Notes under the pieces: generated by a model
The model's input: only the letters and a program-made list of their open reading frames with translations
Database searches by the model: none
Told to the model about the DNA's origin: nothing
Assembly: GCA_951406725.2 (NCBI GenBank)
Contig: OX597830.1
Location: 51,894,001-51,958,000 of the forward strand
Direction: 5' to 3'
Length of the DNA stretch: 64,000 bases
DNA from: Octopus vulgaris
Taxonomy: Eukaryota
Shown here: piece by piece, positions 28,928 to 43,339 of the stretch
How the letters are laid out: each line of letters opens with the position of its first letter
Numbering within the stretch: the first letter of the stretch is position 1
Program-made: the position numbers and the translations under genes

Positions 28928-29014
28928 CATATGTGTGTGTGACTGTGTGTGAATATTCTTCACGTGTGCGGACATGTGTTTGCTTTTTTTCTCCAATGTT
29001 TCGCTCAACTTCTT

Positions 29015-29225
29015 GGACGTGCTGGAAGAATCGTTAGCGCGTCAGAGAAAATACATAGTGCCATTTCTTCCGGGCTTTGTAGTCCCGAGTTCAAATACCG
29101 CCAATGTGCCCGTTCCCCTTTATCCTTCCGGTACCAATAACATATGTACTAGATGAGAACTGGGTCAATGTAATCGACTTCTCTCCCCCAAATCACTGGC
29201 CGTGTACGAAATATGCAAAGAATTA
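29015..29225 (+). mobile_element. Diverged SINE family C
   Basis: gctggaagaatcgttagc..gagttcaaatacc..gtaatcgactt. Confidence 0.6.
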
Positions 29226-29310
29226 TTATTAGCGTGAATACACACATATATATGTGTGTATATATATATCTATATATATATGTATGTATATATATGTATA
29301 TATATATATA

Positions 29311-30560
29311 TAGAAACTACCAAATACATCCATACCTCTTCCAACCATCCACCCTGTATAATTAGCACCACGGTCCAAGCCATCTCAGACAGACTTACAA
29401 AACTATCCTCTAATAGAGAAATTTTCAATAATCACGCACGACACTACAACCAGGCTCTCTATAACGCTGGGTATAACCAGAGAATATCATATGTAGACCA
29501 CCCGGGAACGTCCGTCGGCCATAAAACTCCCAATTATAATCGAACTCCGCACTCAACTCATACTAACGATAATTCTAATTTAAACTCCAAACAACGTATA
29601 GGAAATAGGCGAACTAATAGAATAGCACACAATAGTAACCCTCCCGACGAGAGCAATATAGATCCTATTAGGAGAAATAGAAGGGATAATAGTAGATTAC
29701 GCAAATATATATGGTTCAACATACCATACAACTTAGCAGTTAGGGGTAAGTTATGTAAGAGAATATTCTCTATCATTTCCAACAACTTCCCACCCACCCA
29801 TATGTATAGAAGTATCTTCTCCAACAAAACCATTAGGATTTCCTACTCTACCCTGCCCAACATGAGCTGCCTCATAGCTAAACATAACTATATTAATATT
29901 AGAACAGCTAGATCAAGAGCAAGCTATAGCGACCAACCGAACCCCCCTCATCCAGATAATAGACAATATAATCAGACTGGCAGCCATATTACCCAAACAG
30001 TTAGTAATAACACCCGCCAACACAACAGAGGCAATACTACACCCATCAACAACCAGGAGGATATCAACGCCCCTACTCGTATTGCAACACCTCCGCCTGG
30101 GATTAGCAGCACACGACCGAATAATGCAATGAACTACAACTGCATATGTGCATCCGAGTGTCCGCTACAGGGCGCATGTAGGGCGAAAAACGTAATATAT
30201 TCATGTGAGGTGAGTACCCAGTTTAACACACTCACCTACATAGGTTGCTCAACCTCCTGGAAATCCAGATACTACAACCACCGGTCCTCGCTGAAACACA
30301 GACATAAGGCTAACAGCACCTCCCTTTCTAAACAAATTTGGGAATTAAAAGACAAATGCATAGGCTTCAAACTCAGGTGGTCCATCATCGGATCAGCTGC
30401 ACCTTATTTAAATAATAGAACAGGATGCCAACTATGTTGTGTAGAACTCCTGAACATCTTGAAATTCAAAGACAAACACAATCTTATTAACAAAAGGTCA
30501 GAGTTCAAACCATCCTGTATACACAAACTTATTAATACTTTCAAATACTACAAAGCTTAG
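29311..30560 (+). CDS. PLE ORF C-terminal half: RT thumb, N-rich linker, GIY-YIG endonuclease (5'-truncated)
   Basis: KYIHTSSNHPP..ISDRLTKLSSN; IWFNIPY; CICASECPLQGAC..NVIYSC..YIGCS..RYYNH..TSLSKQIWELKDK..CQLC..NKRSE..CIH. No internal stop over about 415 codons. Confidence 0.9.
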
Positions 30561-30715
30561 GTTATTATACCAACTCCCCCATGCAATTTCCTCCCACCCG
30601 GTGCAACCTGTCGGCTCCAGCACATCCCGCTTTCCTATACGTGCGTGTATATGTGTATGTGTGTGCGTATATATATGTATGTGCACATATGTGTATGTAT
30701 ATGTATACATATATG

Positions 30716-30762
<47 letters not shown>

Positions 30763-32570
30763 ATATATGTTTCCCTGCATTTTCCTCCTATATATACACA
30801 TTTTGTCTCCCATATATGTCTTTTTTTCCCTACATATTTCTTCTCCTACACCCATATCCTTCCTATATAGTCTCTTTATTTCCCTATATCTATACCCTTT
30901 CACATTTCTAACTCGGATGTTGAACGCACACCGCCAAACTCCACTTCCCACCCTTCCAATTTTCAGTTCCCCCCGCCCGCCCCTACGTGGGCACCTTTAA
31001 CACACACCTCTAACTTTCAACCACCATCTCATGTTAAACTTTACCAGATTATATTTTTATTTTATTTTATTTTTATTTTTACTTTTATTTTGCTTTATCC
31101 TATTCTACTTCGCTTTACCTTTATTCTCATTTTTATTTTCATCCCTTATCTTAATTCTTATAATTTTTATAATTTTTATATTTCATTTCTAACTTTTACA
31201 TTGTATTTCTTATTTTATATTGTATTTCTTACTTTTATTTCTAATTTTTACTCTTACCCTCATTCTTACCCCTAACCTATCGCTTTATATCTCTATATAT
31301 GTCTAATTTTTTTTGCTTATCCCTTATTTACTTACCTATGGATCCGCTTTATGATTATACGAGCGTCCGTGTACGTATGTATACGTATACATATGTGTAC
31401 ATATGTACGAGTAAACATCTACGTCTGGATGTGCATACCCCGTATTTCTTTACATTTTCTTACATGTTTTCTTATATTCATATGTTTACACCTATTTGTA
31501 TACATCTTTTAATATCTTATAGCTATACCCATATGCGCGTATGTCTCTGTGTGTGTGTAAGTGTATATGTGCACGCACATATGGACACACAGCCGTGTGT
31601 GCGTGCACGTGTAGACGTGAGTGCGTGATTCTTTACATACGTTCTTATATACATCCTTTAATATCTTATATCTAAACCTGGAAGCGTGGGCATATGTGTA
31701 TGTGTATGTAAGGATGGACGCACGTATGTATATATGGGTGTGTACACGTATAATGTCCGTGTATATATGCGGATATTCTGTTGTATGTAAGTATATATAC
31801 GCGCGTGCGTGTGGGTGTATGTGTGTTTATGTACATGTTTACACGTGAGTGCGTGTGTATGCTTATAGGCTTGGAGCCGTGTATGCGCGCGTATATGTGC
31901 GCGTGTATATGGGTGTATGTATCCATGATGGTATGTATGTACAAGATGACCAATTAATTCAAAGAACTAGATTAAACGCTCAACAGCTCTGATTTACAAC
32001 ACACTAGGTCCCCAGACGACCCTGTTGATTTATTGACACCCAAAACTTCTACAGCTAAATTTTATCAATCTCCTGACCACCCTGTTTGGTCCGTAACCTC
32101 TATACATCCCTTTCTTTATATTTTTTTACATTTTTATCATGTTTATTCCTATTTTTATTTTTTTACTTTTTACTTTTATTTCTATTTCTATTTTTACTTT
32201 ATAACCTTATGCCTTTACATTCATTTATATTTCTTTATATTTCTTTATATTCTTTATATCCCCTTTACATCTCCTTATATCCCTTTATATCTTTATACTC
32301 TACATTTTTATATTTTTATATACTTACACCTTTTATACATTTTTTATCCCTCGTCCTGAATTCTCGCCCCTCCATCTTCACGTCTATATATGTATTTATT
32401 TATTTACATTACTTCAACATCCAAATTTCCTCATTCTACATTGAGAGAAGAAAGAGATGGACGCTTCAATTCTATGCTGTTGCCGCATTATGTCGTACGC
32501 GAATGAGAGGATTTGCATCCCCAACCAAGAATTTTTGATGTAACACATGTCCTTGTGGAAGCTGTTGTGC

Positions 32571-32648
32571 GCGGCTGAAGAAGGCCACAGACATACATTA
32601 TGCATTGTTATAAATCTGTCTAATAAAGGCCCGAAACATATGTACCGC
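32571..32648 (+). ncRNA. Type I hammerhead ribozyme at PLE 3' end
   Basis: GCGG-CUGAAGA-AGGCC...GGCCC-GAAA-CAUAUG-UA-CCGC. Perfect stem I, palindromic stem III ACAUAUGU, GUA triplet. Confidence 0.85.
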
Positions 32649-32750
32649 TGAATCCTTGGCATCATGTTTTTATTTTGATCAATTTACTCCACCACCTACA
32701 CCACCAAACGGTATACACAGGTGCTTATAATTATCAAGTACTCACCCCGA

Positions 32751-32809
<59 letters not shown>

Positions 32810-33012
32810 TATGTATATGTATACATGTATATATATGGATATATATATGTATACATATATATATGTATGTATATATATATATAATTTACAAGATAAGGGC
32901 AAAAGAAAAATTCTCATGCCAAATGTGCCGAAAAAAGACAGTAATTGTCAATAAGCCATTATCATTTATGCGTCTCGAAATAAACCGATAGAAATCTCTA
33001 GAAAATTCGTTA

Positions 33013-33073
33013 TTACCGTATTGGTCCAATTTCGGGGTTAATTCGTAAGAGATTTTCCCCTCTTCAGCGGCAA
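33013..33073 (-). ncRNA. Type I hammerhead ribozyme (left arm)
   Basis: Exact reverse complement of 33391-33451. Confidence 0.88.
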
Positions 33074-33390
33074 ATACGCGAGATATAAGTGAAATGCTTA
33101 CTCATACCCATGGAAAAAGCAAGCACTAAGTCCCAAGCAGAACTAAGTACCCCAAATATATCCAAAATGGAAAAATCTTATCTAATTATCCTACATTAGT
33201 TATAAATTGAATAGTGTTCACTTCCGGATTCTATCACTCTGTGAAAGTTTCTAGTTCGAATCACACGTGTTTCGAGATGTGCCGAAGATTTTTCAATTTT
33301 GGATATATTTGGGGTACTTAGTTCTGCTCGGGACTTAGTGCTTGCCTTTTCCATGGGTATGAGTAAGTATTTCACTTATATCTCGCGTAT

Positions 33391-33451
33391 TTGCCGCTGA
33401 AGAGGGGAAAATCTCTTACGAATTAACCCCGAAATTGGACCAATACGGTAA
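33391..33451 (+). ncRNA. Type I hammerhead ribozyme (right arm)
   Basis: UUGCCG-CUGAAGA-GGGG...CCCC-GAAA-UUGGACCAA-UA-CGGUAA; all three stems pair, AUA triplet. Confidence 0.88.
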
Positions 33452-33737
33452 TAACGAATTTTTAGAGATTTCTATCGGTTTGATTCGAGACGCATAAATT
33501 ATAATGGTTTATTGACAATTATTGTCTTCTTTTCGGCACATTTGGCATTAGAATTTTTCTTTTGCCCTTATCTTGTAAATTATTTATAAATTTAACCTTT
33601 AAAGGTATTTTTTGATATGCTGGTCATTGATAAAAAATTTTTCCCGAAAAAAATTTTATCCTACATTTATGTATATATATATATGTATACATATATATGT
33701 ATGTATATATATATACATATATGTATGTATACATTTA

Positions 33738-33785
<48 letters not shown>

Positions 33786-33836
33786 TGAAGGGAAGAAATG
33801 GAGCCGAACGAAGATTCTACAAAATTCCTTTTTATT

Positions 33837-33922
33837 ATTTTCTACACATGTTTCAAAGGCTGCAAATTCCCAAATTCGGATTGAATAAGGAGACCATTCT
33901 GCAGCTTTCTCTTCAGGAAAAT
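33837..33922 (-). ncRNA. Type I hammerhead ribozyme in a pLTR-like unit (about 33783-34200)
   Basis: Minus strand AUUUUC-CUGAAGA-GAAAGCUGCAGA...UUUGCAGCCUUU-GAAA-CAUGU-GUA-GAAAAU; 6-bp stem I, 11 of 12 pairs in stem II. Confidence 0.85.
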
Positions 33923-34696
33923 CCAGGAATTTAAAATCTCAAAACAAATGCGCAGCAAGCTTTTCGAACAAAACGCTCCCTAGGAGCCCATGGTAAAAAT
34001 GGCACAACACTGTCTCTCAATATGCGCTGACGTCAGAGTGGGTGAAGGCCGACGAAAAAATCCGTTGGAATAAACCTAGGTCAAACCACGGTCAAATCAG
34101 GTAGGGGAAGAATCACAGAAAACCCAAAGAGTGTGAATATATTCTGTATAACTAGTGTTAATGTTCAAATTGTTTTAAGAATGACAGCTATCTTATTTGG
34201 GTGTGAGGAACTACCTACATGTATGTGTGTGTGTATGCGCCTATGTATGTGTGGCAGTATGTTAGGAAGCAGCTAGAGAGAAAATATATTGTATTGTAGG
34301 CATTGCTGGTCAAGCGGCTGATAAAATTCTGTGTCTGTGAGTTCGTCTATGACCAGTTTATATACAGATGACTTGTCAAAAAACAGGGGAGTATAATCCC
34401 TGATATTGTTTCTAAAAAAAGTAGCAGAACATACGCTAAAAGGGGAGTAATTTCCCCTTTGAAATTTAATTCAAAATTTTTTCCAAATTTCTTCCAAACA
34501 ATTTTTTTCCTTTTCTTATGACATCAAGGTGTTAATTATCTTAGGCTTCAATTGTATGCAAGAAATGTCAGTCGCCTCCAGTGGGGACATCTGAAAGAGT
34601 GTTGCAAAATCCCGTTCACTAGCTGCCCTCGGGCGAACAAAATGTGAAAAAGCTCAGAGTTGCAGAGATTACAGATTCTTTTGCCCCTATCAAATA

Positions 34697-34728
<32 letters not shown>

Positions 34729-34809
34729 TCTAGCCTCACGCTGACCCTCTCAGTGGATTACGTACACGGAAACTGAAAGACCGTCGTATGTATATGTGTA
34801 TATCCGTGA

Positions 34810-35050
34810 CATACCGAAAATATTAGAAATGGCAGCCAAATAGGTCACCATTTCTCCTACTAGTAAAAAAGTCTCCACAAACAAACAGAATTTGCAACCC
34901 GTATATGGTAAAGAGAAAGAAAATAACGAAATCCCAGCCCATGTGGATTAATTAATTTTTCTTTCTCTTTACCATATACGGGTTGCAAATTCTGTTTGTT
35001 TGTGGAGACTTTTTTACTTGTAGGAGAAATGGTGACCTATTTTCGGTATG
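34810..35050. repeat. About 90-bp inverted repeat with about 30-bp spacer
   Basis: 34838-34924 is the reverse complement of about 34956-35042; outer cataccgaaaa/ttttcggtatg. Confidence 0.93.
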
Positions 35051-35093
35051 TGGTTTTGAGCAATTTGTTGCAATTAACCCTTTATTATAATTA

Positions 35094-35162
<69 letters not shown>

Positions 35163-35330
35163 TAATTATATATATATACATATATATGCCTATTTATATA
35201 CATATATACGTACGTGCGTGTGTGTGTATACTTGTATGTGTGGGAATTTATCGTGGTACTTGGCAATGGATAAAAGGATGACACTAGTTAGGTCTTTATA
35301 GATCATTTACAGTATATGAGGTGTACATTG

Positions 35331-35364
<34 letters not shown>

Positions 35365-35500
35365 CATGTGTATGTGTATGTGTATGTGTGCGTCTGTATG
35401 TCTCTGTGTGTGTACATACTTATTGTGCATAAATTTATGTATAGGTAGCTATATTTAAGATATCAATGGATACAATACCGCACCTGTCTTTATTTGTGCG

Positions 35501-35582
<82 letters not shown>

Positions 35583-35585
35583 TAT

Positions 35586-35618
<33 letters not shown>

Positions 35619-35659
35619 TACATATATATATTTGTGTGTGTGTGTGTGTGTGTGTTGTG

Positions 35660-37605
35660 TTGGTATCAGTTAGAGGGGTTTAATACCTCTAAGAGATAAT
35701 TAAATCCGAAGTCGCTCCTTGTTATTATTTGGGTAGGTACAGTCAATTAGCTGCGTACAGGCAAAATTGAACAAATGACAATGGAAGCCTCATTAAAAGA
35801 TATACCCATCCCACCCAAAAATGTATATCTTAAAGACGTCATCAGTAAAATATCTGACTTCACCCATCGCTTACTCTGGAAAGCCTTACCTCATGACAGG
35901 GAAGCTAAACCCGAGTCACAAAACCATCACAACAAAAACGAATTCACCAAAGGCGTATTCAAAACTAGGAAAACACCCCCACCAAACAGCCACCTAGCAG
36001 CCTTTGAAAATGAACTCTGGGATACAATAAATAGCCTAAAATTCAAGCGACACCCACTAAGGAATAACAGCTACCAAAAGAACCTAAAAGACCTGCTAAA
36101 TAAGCTCGAATCAAAGAACGGAATTATTGTTCACTCGGACAAAACTAGGAATTCTTACACCCTGGATGTCAACTTATACCACCAATTGCTACATAAGGAA
36201 ATCACTAAAAGATTTAAATTAGCACCAGGTAGCACCTACATATCTATGAACTTAGTAACCAAGGAAATTATGAATGACTACAACTTAAAGGACAAAACTG
36301 AACTCTTCGTGCCATCAAGACCTCGCATCACTATAAAAGACCATAAACCTAACTTCCTAACCGATACTAAAGTAAGATTAATATGCCCAAACAAATCAGA
36401 CCTGTGTAAATTCAGCAAACTAATATTCGATAAATACATCCCTAAGCTAAAAAGTAAAATAACCCTAGAATTACGGTCCAAAACATATGAAGCCATTAAT
36501 TTGTTCTCCCATATACAGAACACGAGTAACAACAACACGACTACTACACCTCAATTAACCCTACGATCCTCAATAGTGCCCTAATATACGCCAAAAATCA
36601 CGCAAAATTGAACATGAAGGAAATAAATGTAATATCAGAAGCCAGGAAATCACTTATTAGCTTTGATGATAAACTCTGGATACGTAAATATACCCCTAAC
36701 TATTTTGATATCACTATGGGAGCCCCAGATTCAGCGCAGGTAACTGACTTGGTAAGCATCTATTTGTTATCATACATACAAGACAAATTCCCGGAACTCA
36801 AAGGCGGATTATACAGGGACGATGCTCTCTTCATAATTAAGAAACCCTCAAATAGGAAACTAGAGCTTCTCAAGAAATAACTACATGAATTCTTCAAAAG
36901 ATTTTAACTATCTATCTCTATTGAAAAGGAACACACCTCTATTAACTACTTAGACGCAACATGCAACCTAGCCACAGGACTCTATGAACCCTACATGAAA
37001 CCCAACACAAACCTCAAATATACAATATCTGGCTAGTACTCCCCTACACCATGCACTTCAAATTGAATATAGTTCGCTCATTAATGAAAATCATAGACAA
37101 ACACCTAAACGTTAATAATGAGTACACATAATTATTTAGGAATAAAATCAGAATAGACCACAGTCTGACTAATAACTTAGCCACAATAATAGCCTCAATG
37201 AATAATAAAAAAATTGACAAATTCTAGAAAGATTGTGAACAATAAAAATAATAACCAACCAACTACTAGGACTAAGCACCCCACTAACGCAACGCTAACT
37301 TAGATACAGACCTGAATAATAATTGCCCCCCACAATACAGCACGGACATAGATACGCCTAATAAATTATGCGGTTGTAGGGATAGAACAAAGTGCCATTT
37401 CTCAAATAGATGTAAGACAAATAACGTAGTTTACCAATGTGATGTCCGCACAAATAATCAGACGAAATCATACATAGATGCCACTAAGTAACAAATGATT
37501 CCCAGATATAATGCACAACAGTCGAGCTACATAAATAGGAATAAGGCTAACTCAACAGGGCTAACTGCATACATTTGGGAACTTAAGGATAAAAAACAGA
37601 TATAA
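35660..37605 (+). mobile_element. Penelope-like element (Naiad-like), near-full-length ORF, decayed
   Basis: SLKDIPIPPK..RLLWKA; SDKTRN; KDHKPNF..VRLICPNKSDL; FDITMGAPDSAQVTDLV..GGLYRDDAL (RT); downstream CGCRDRTKC..C..NVVYQC..YI..NSTGLTAYIWELKDK (GIY-YIG); frameshifts and TAA stops. Confidence 0.9.
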
Positions 37606-38123
37606 AAGAAAAAAGTTTTAAATGTCATCTTCTTAGAAGGTACAAACACCCCTTCATGGGGACTTAACACCCACAATTTAGTCATTTTATCTAAGCAAAA
37701 ACGAATACACTTGTACTCTTGGAAGCTGTATGGTTACCCGAGCAGAAAAGTTGAGCATTATTTGGAATTCAATGGTACAACAGGGTAAGAGTTTGCTTTA
37801 ATATATACTTTTATTGTGATTTTTGCAATGTGGTGCATAAATTGTAAAGTAAATGAGAAGCATCTTTACCTCCATTGATTCAGTTGCAAAGTGTTTAGTA
37901 AAGACTTCTTTGAGTCTTTTTATTATCGCTGGGTCATACATAGTCCCCAGATGGTAACATTGGTTTCAAGACCTTCCCAGATGAGTAACTGGTTATTCAA
38001 AGACATTTATAGATTGTAAATTTATTCTGTCCAGTTACGTATCAGTATAGTGGTCATTTGCAAACTCCAGAGGTGACACTTTAATTTCTCCTTAGCCCTC
38101 ACGTCACACAGTTGTTAATGTTT

Positions 38124-38124
<1 letters not shown>

Positions 38125-38179
<55 letters not shown>

Positions 38180-38334
38180 GTAGATAGATAGATAGATAGA
38201 TAGATGGATAAGTAGATAGATATATAGACAGATAGACAGACAGACAGACAGATAGACAGACAGACGGATGAACGATAGATAGATAGATAGACAGATAGAT
38301 AGATAGATAGACAGACGGATAGATAGACGGAGAC

Positions 38335-38387
<53 letters not shown>

Positions 38388-38388
38388 C
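38125..38388. repeat. (GATA/GACA)n array
   Basis: Direct reading. Confidence 0.97.
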
Positions 38389-38999
38389 ATAGGTGTAAAA
38401 ATATTGTGTGCATGTGTGTGTGTGTGTGTGTGTGTTCGTGCGTGTGTGTGTGAGTGTGTGTCTGTGTGTGTGTCTGTGTGTCAGACCGTACGGATTCTTG
38501 TACGCCTGTATGATCGTATGCTTGGAGGAATATATGATAATATATTCGTATGACGAACACTTGTGAGGGAGACTTGGATCATAGCTAATGCGCCAAAAGG
38601 CATTCATTGAAGCCAATCATCTCAGCTCTAATAGGGAGCATTTGAGGATATAAAGTGTGCTTTTCTACATTGTTAGTATGACGTTCACCGTCTTCTCTGC
38701 GCGTCGATAACATATTGTTCTCTTAGAACTAAGATCCCCAGACAGAGACCATTTAATTACACAATGTCCGTGTACATCAGCATCAAAGGGAAAAAACATA
38801 TTTGATGACAAATGACAATTGTGGCTGCGTAATTGAGAGGCAGTGGAGCAAAAATCTGCCTGATGACGTGTATATAGGTGTGTATTTGGAATTTATGCAT
38901 TTCTATGTCTTTGATGTATGGATTTGTCAACGAAATGTTTCTGTCAGTGTAAGAACACACACACACACACTCCCGCGCGTACGCACGCATTATGTATCC

Positions 39000-39483
<484 letters not shown>

Positions 39484-39562
39484 GGAAGTAGAAAATGAAT
39501 AGATAAGTGAATAATTAATAGAAAATTTACCAAATATTCAAACAAGTAATTTTTAAAATAGT

Positions 39563-39594
<32 letters not shown>

Positions 39595-41917
39595 GGGAGA
39601 GGGAGATCAATATATTCATGTTTGAGTCTTTATCACAACATGAGGAGGTAAGTCAGTGTCTGTGCCCCTATTTGGGAATCTCTGAATCTTTTGAGAAGGA
39701 AGGAGTGAAATTATCATCAAGTCAATGGATTGCTGTTATATGGTTAATTGCTAGTCTTCCAAGGCAAAAAGAAACCCACAACCTTCAGGGATGACCTTAC
39801 ATGCGTAGATATGTGTTCAGTTGTGCTCCTGGCCACAATATATAATAGGATCGTTTCTAGCTTCCTTGAAAGTATATTAACGGACATTTCATTACTAGTA
39901 TGAGGTACATTCAAAATATATTTGACTTTATTTTTTCCCGCCAAAACTAATGCCGCGTGGGCAAAATCCTTTGGGTAGCATCACCTCCCATCGCAGAATT
40001 TTCCCCACGCAGTCTTAATTCGTTAGGAAATGATTATAAAGTCGGTTATTTTTTTAACGTATTTCGTGTTTCTAACTATCAGAATGATTTTGCAGTAGAA
40101 TTGGTAAGTTTCAGACAAAATGCCTTACTGTATTTCTTCTGGCTCTTTGCTTTCTGAGAGCAAGCATCCCTGAGATTAGCTTTACCTTTCATCTATTCAG
40201 GATCGATAACTTAATGTAGTAGTAAGTTCTAGGGTTGATGGCACCGACTAATCCTTCCTCTCAAAATTACTGGCTATTACCTTTAGCTCTTATAGTGACC
40301 ACATACCAGTATTGGCTTATTAACTTCAGTGCCCTTCGTGGAAACCAATTTTATCCCACTTCTCTCATGATACAATCAATCTCAGAGATTCAACATTGTT
40401 CCAATCACCTTAATATCATTATCTTCTTTGACAAACTTAAAGCTTTAAACTGAGCTGTCTTCGATACATTTACGATATTGAAAACATGAACCATATATTT
40501 CAAACGTGAATTCATTACTTATTCAGATTATCTACAATATCTAAAATTGATCTCATTTATTTCTTCATCTCCAATAATCGTCTACAAATTTATTATCCGC
40601 TTAATAGAATTCCTTTATATGGAACTGTGTATTAGAATAGTAAAGTTTGGTAAGCATAAACATAAGTAGAAAGAAAAATGGTCTTTTGGTTAATTGTTGT
40701 GTCGATAAGAAGCTTGCTTCTGTAATATGAGTTTTAGCTGTGGTTTCGATTCCACCGTGCGGCAACTTGAGCAAATGTCTTCTACGAGAGACCACTATTT
40801 AGATGGATTTTAGTAAACGGACACTAAAGGACCTTTGCTATTCTTCACTGAACACAATATATTCAATTTCAGCTGTTGGCCTTTTTATGCCTTTAGTATT
40901 GTTCGCTATTTTGCATCCATTCAAATCATGTGATCGGCTGGAAAATAATTCTTCCCCTTCTTTCTATTAGTCTCAGAAATCTTCCAAAACGTCAAAAGAC
41001 AACTTTTGTATACAAAATTCAGAAAAAATAAATAACCTTATTTTTGTTTATTGTTTTAGGACACAGGATTCAAATAGGATAAAAAGATTTGATGTCTCTA
41101 TGCAGGTACTTACGTGTGGCATTGCTTAACTTTAGGTATGTGCGAAGTAACAGTAACAGACCTTAATGGAACAAGGTATGGCACAAAGACTTTCTTTCAT
41201 TTTGCACAGTGATTCTCAACCATTTTTTTTTTTTTGTCTACGGACTCCGTTGATTCCTATTTTACTCTAGTGGACCCTAATAACTGGTCGGAGTTTAAAA
41301 ACACTCTATTATATTTATTATAATTGAATATTAAGAATTGTATAAAAATAATTGTTAAAATATTTTGGGCATTGCAGGATGTACAACCGATTTCATTATA
41401 CATAAATTTGAACAGCCTTTGCAGGGGACTGAACCCAGAAGAATGTGACTAGAAAGCAAATTCCTTACGACACAGCCACGAGCGCACCTTACATTGGTTC
41501 TTTTTAATGAAAGGTAAGCTAGTGAAAAATAATTCTATTACAGTTGGTATACAATGAACCTGACACGCTGTTTAACAAGATTGGCCTTTCCAATGCAATG
41601 AGCAGCTCGGTGAAAATGTGTGAAGCAATTTGTCGGTGGCGTTATAAAAGTGACCAATGGCTACATAAACACTGGTCACAAGTGGACGTTTAGAAACAGC
41701 AGTCCATTATTGTAAGGTTAATTGCTAGAAACTTTAGTGAAATCAATGAAGTACGTAAAATGTTACAATTAGATTGTAACAAATTGACACGACTTTAACG
41801 AGCAAGACAGGAGACATTTTCGCAAGCTAACTGCCGCTCAACGACCTTCCGCCTTTTTTCTTTTCTTTGTTTAATGGTGGTTTCAATATCTTGTCCTTAC
41901 CTCTACACCTCCTCTTC

Positions 41918-41918
41918 T

Positions 41919-41974
<56 letters not shown>

Positions 41975-42195
41975 TTTCCACCTCATCATCAAAATTACCA
42001 TTGAAATCATCATTAGCATCATTATCATTCGCAGCAGCAGCATCGTCATCATAATCATCTTCATCTTCCTCACGATCGTCATCGTCGTCATCGTCATCAT
42101 CGTCGTCGTCGCAATCATCATCGTCATTTCCTATTACATTTTAAAGTTCCTTCTTTTAATACTTCAACTAAGTATTATTATTATTATCATTATTA

Positions 42196-42256
<61 letters not shown>

Positions 42257-42259
42257 CAT

Positions 42260-42302
<43 letters not shown>
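41918..42302. repeat. (ATC)n/(ATT)n/(AGT)n trinucleotide mosaic
   Basis: Direct reading. Confidence 0.95.
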
Positions 42303-42753
42303 TCTACTTTCTTCCTTATTTCTTCCTTTACTTTCTTCTACCTTTTTTTTCCGTTTCTCGTCCTTCTCTCACCCAGCACACCTTCTCTCCCCAATTCTTC
42401 TTATACCCCCACCTCCTACCCTTCTCCCTATTGCGATCAAGTATAAAATCTGTACAAAAGAGAAAACGTGGGTTGCCCGGTGACACGAAGCAGAAAACGA
42501 GTTTAGATAATTCATTATTCACTCCCAATGGTTATCGCTAACCACATCATTGGAGACAACAAATACATCTGCATTGAGTGCATCTGCTTTAAATGCATTA
42601 CAAAATTCACACACGGTATTGGGAGTCAATTACGTACACGAAAATACCACAATCGTGGACAATACATGTACATCATGTGGAGTTATCATAAGTTTACAAA
42701 CACCTATAACACCGTGTACAACAAAACAAAAGACACAGCAAGTGCATGTGAAG

Positions 42754-42865
<112 letters not shown>

Positions 42866-43339
42866 TGTATACATAATTAGGAAAATGGCTTCCCACCAGT
42901 CTGACCTGGAGAAGGCATGTTGATGAAAGGTCTTTGACAATCATAACTGATGGTTGTGATGCCTGGTGTATACCCATCCAACGTGTAGTCATGATGGGCA
43001 TATTGGGGTTCGTATATTTATACCCGAGTGTCACTTTGATGGCATGCGCTGCGCTCTCACTCAATAATAACGTCATATAAATACGATAATTTAGTCCTTG
43101 ACTATTGGCTCACACTTTAAATACACACTCACACATACACACACAAACTGTACAGATATACCACGACTTGACTTGACACTGTGCATATCTATTAAGTAGA
43201 TTGTTTATCCTTGATATGCATATATCTACACACCGCATAGAATATACCAATAAACACAGCACAAGTAATACTACACACATCCAATACACAAACACATGTA
43301 TAAATATACACCCACACATGCGTGTACCACGGCGAGAAC

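Larger units (their letters stand above)
29311..32754 (+). mobile_element. 5'-truncated Penelope-like element (Naiad-like) with long microsatellite-rich 3' region and terminal hammerhead
   Basis: Uninterrupted thumb/GIY-YIG ORF followed by about 2 kb of non-coding sequence and a hammerhead; (TA)n at both ends. Confidence 0.85.
32881..33583. repeat. 299-bp inverted repeat (32881-33179 / 33285-33583, 105-bp spacer): inverted pLTR pair
   Basis: Arms are reverse complements with about 12 differences by manual count; flanked by (TA)n. Confidence 0.95.

Noticed and set aside
35775-37605. Selenocysteine recoding in the Naiad-like PLE
   Set aside because: Interruptions seen are frameshifts and TAA-type stops; cysteine motifs use TGT/TGC; no SECIS identified by eye
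38855-38948. CTGATGA...GAAATGTT possible hammerhead
   Set aside because: Stems I and II do not pair convincingly; at best a very decayed copy
40280-40600. Possible very old RTE-like LINE fragment on the minus strand
   Set aside because: Only faint motif resemblance; too degraded to call
42440-42750. Non-repetitive island with overlapping ORFs
   Set aside because: No recognisable domain or consistent splice signals
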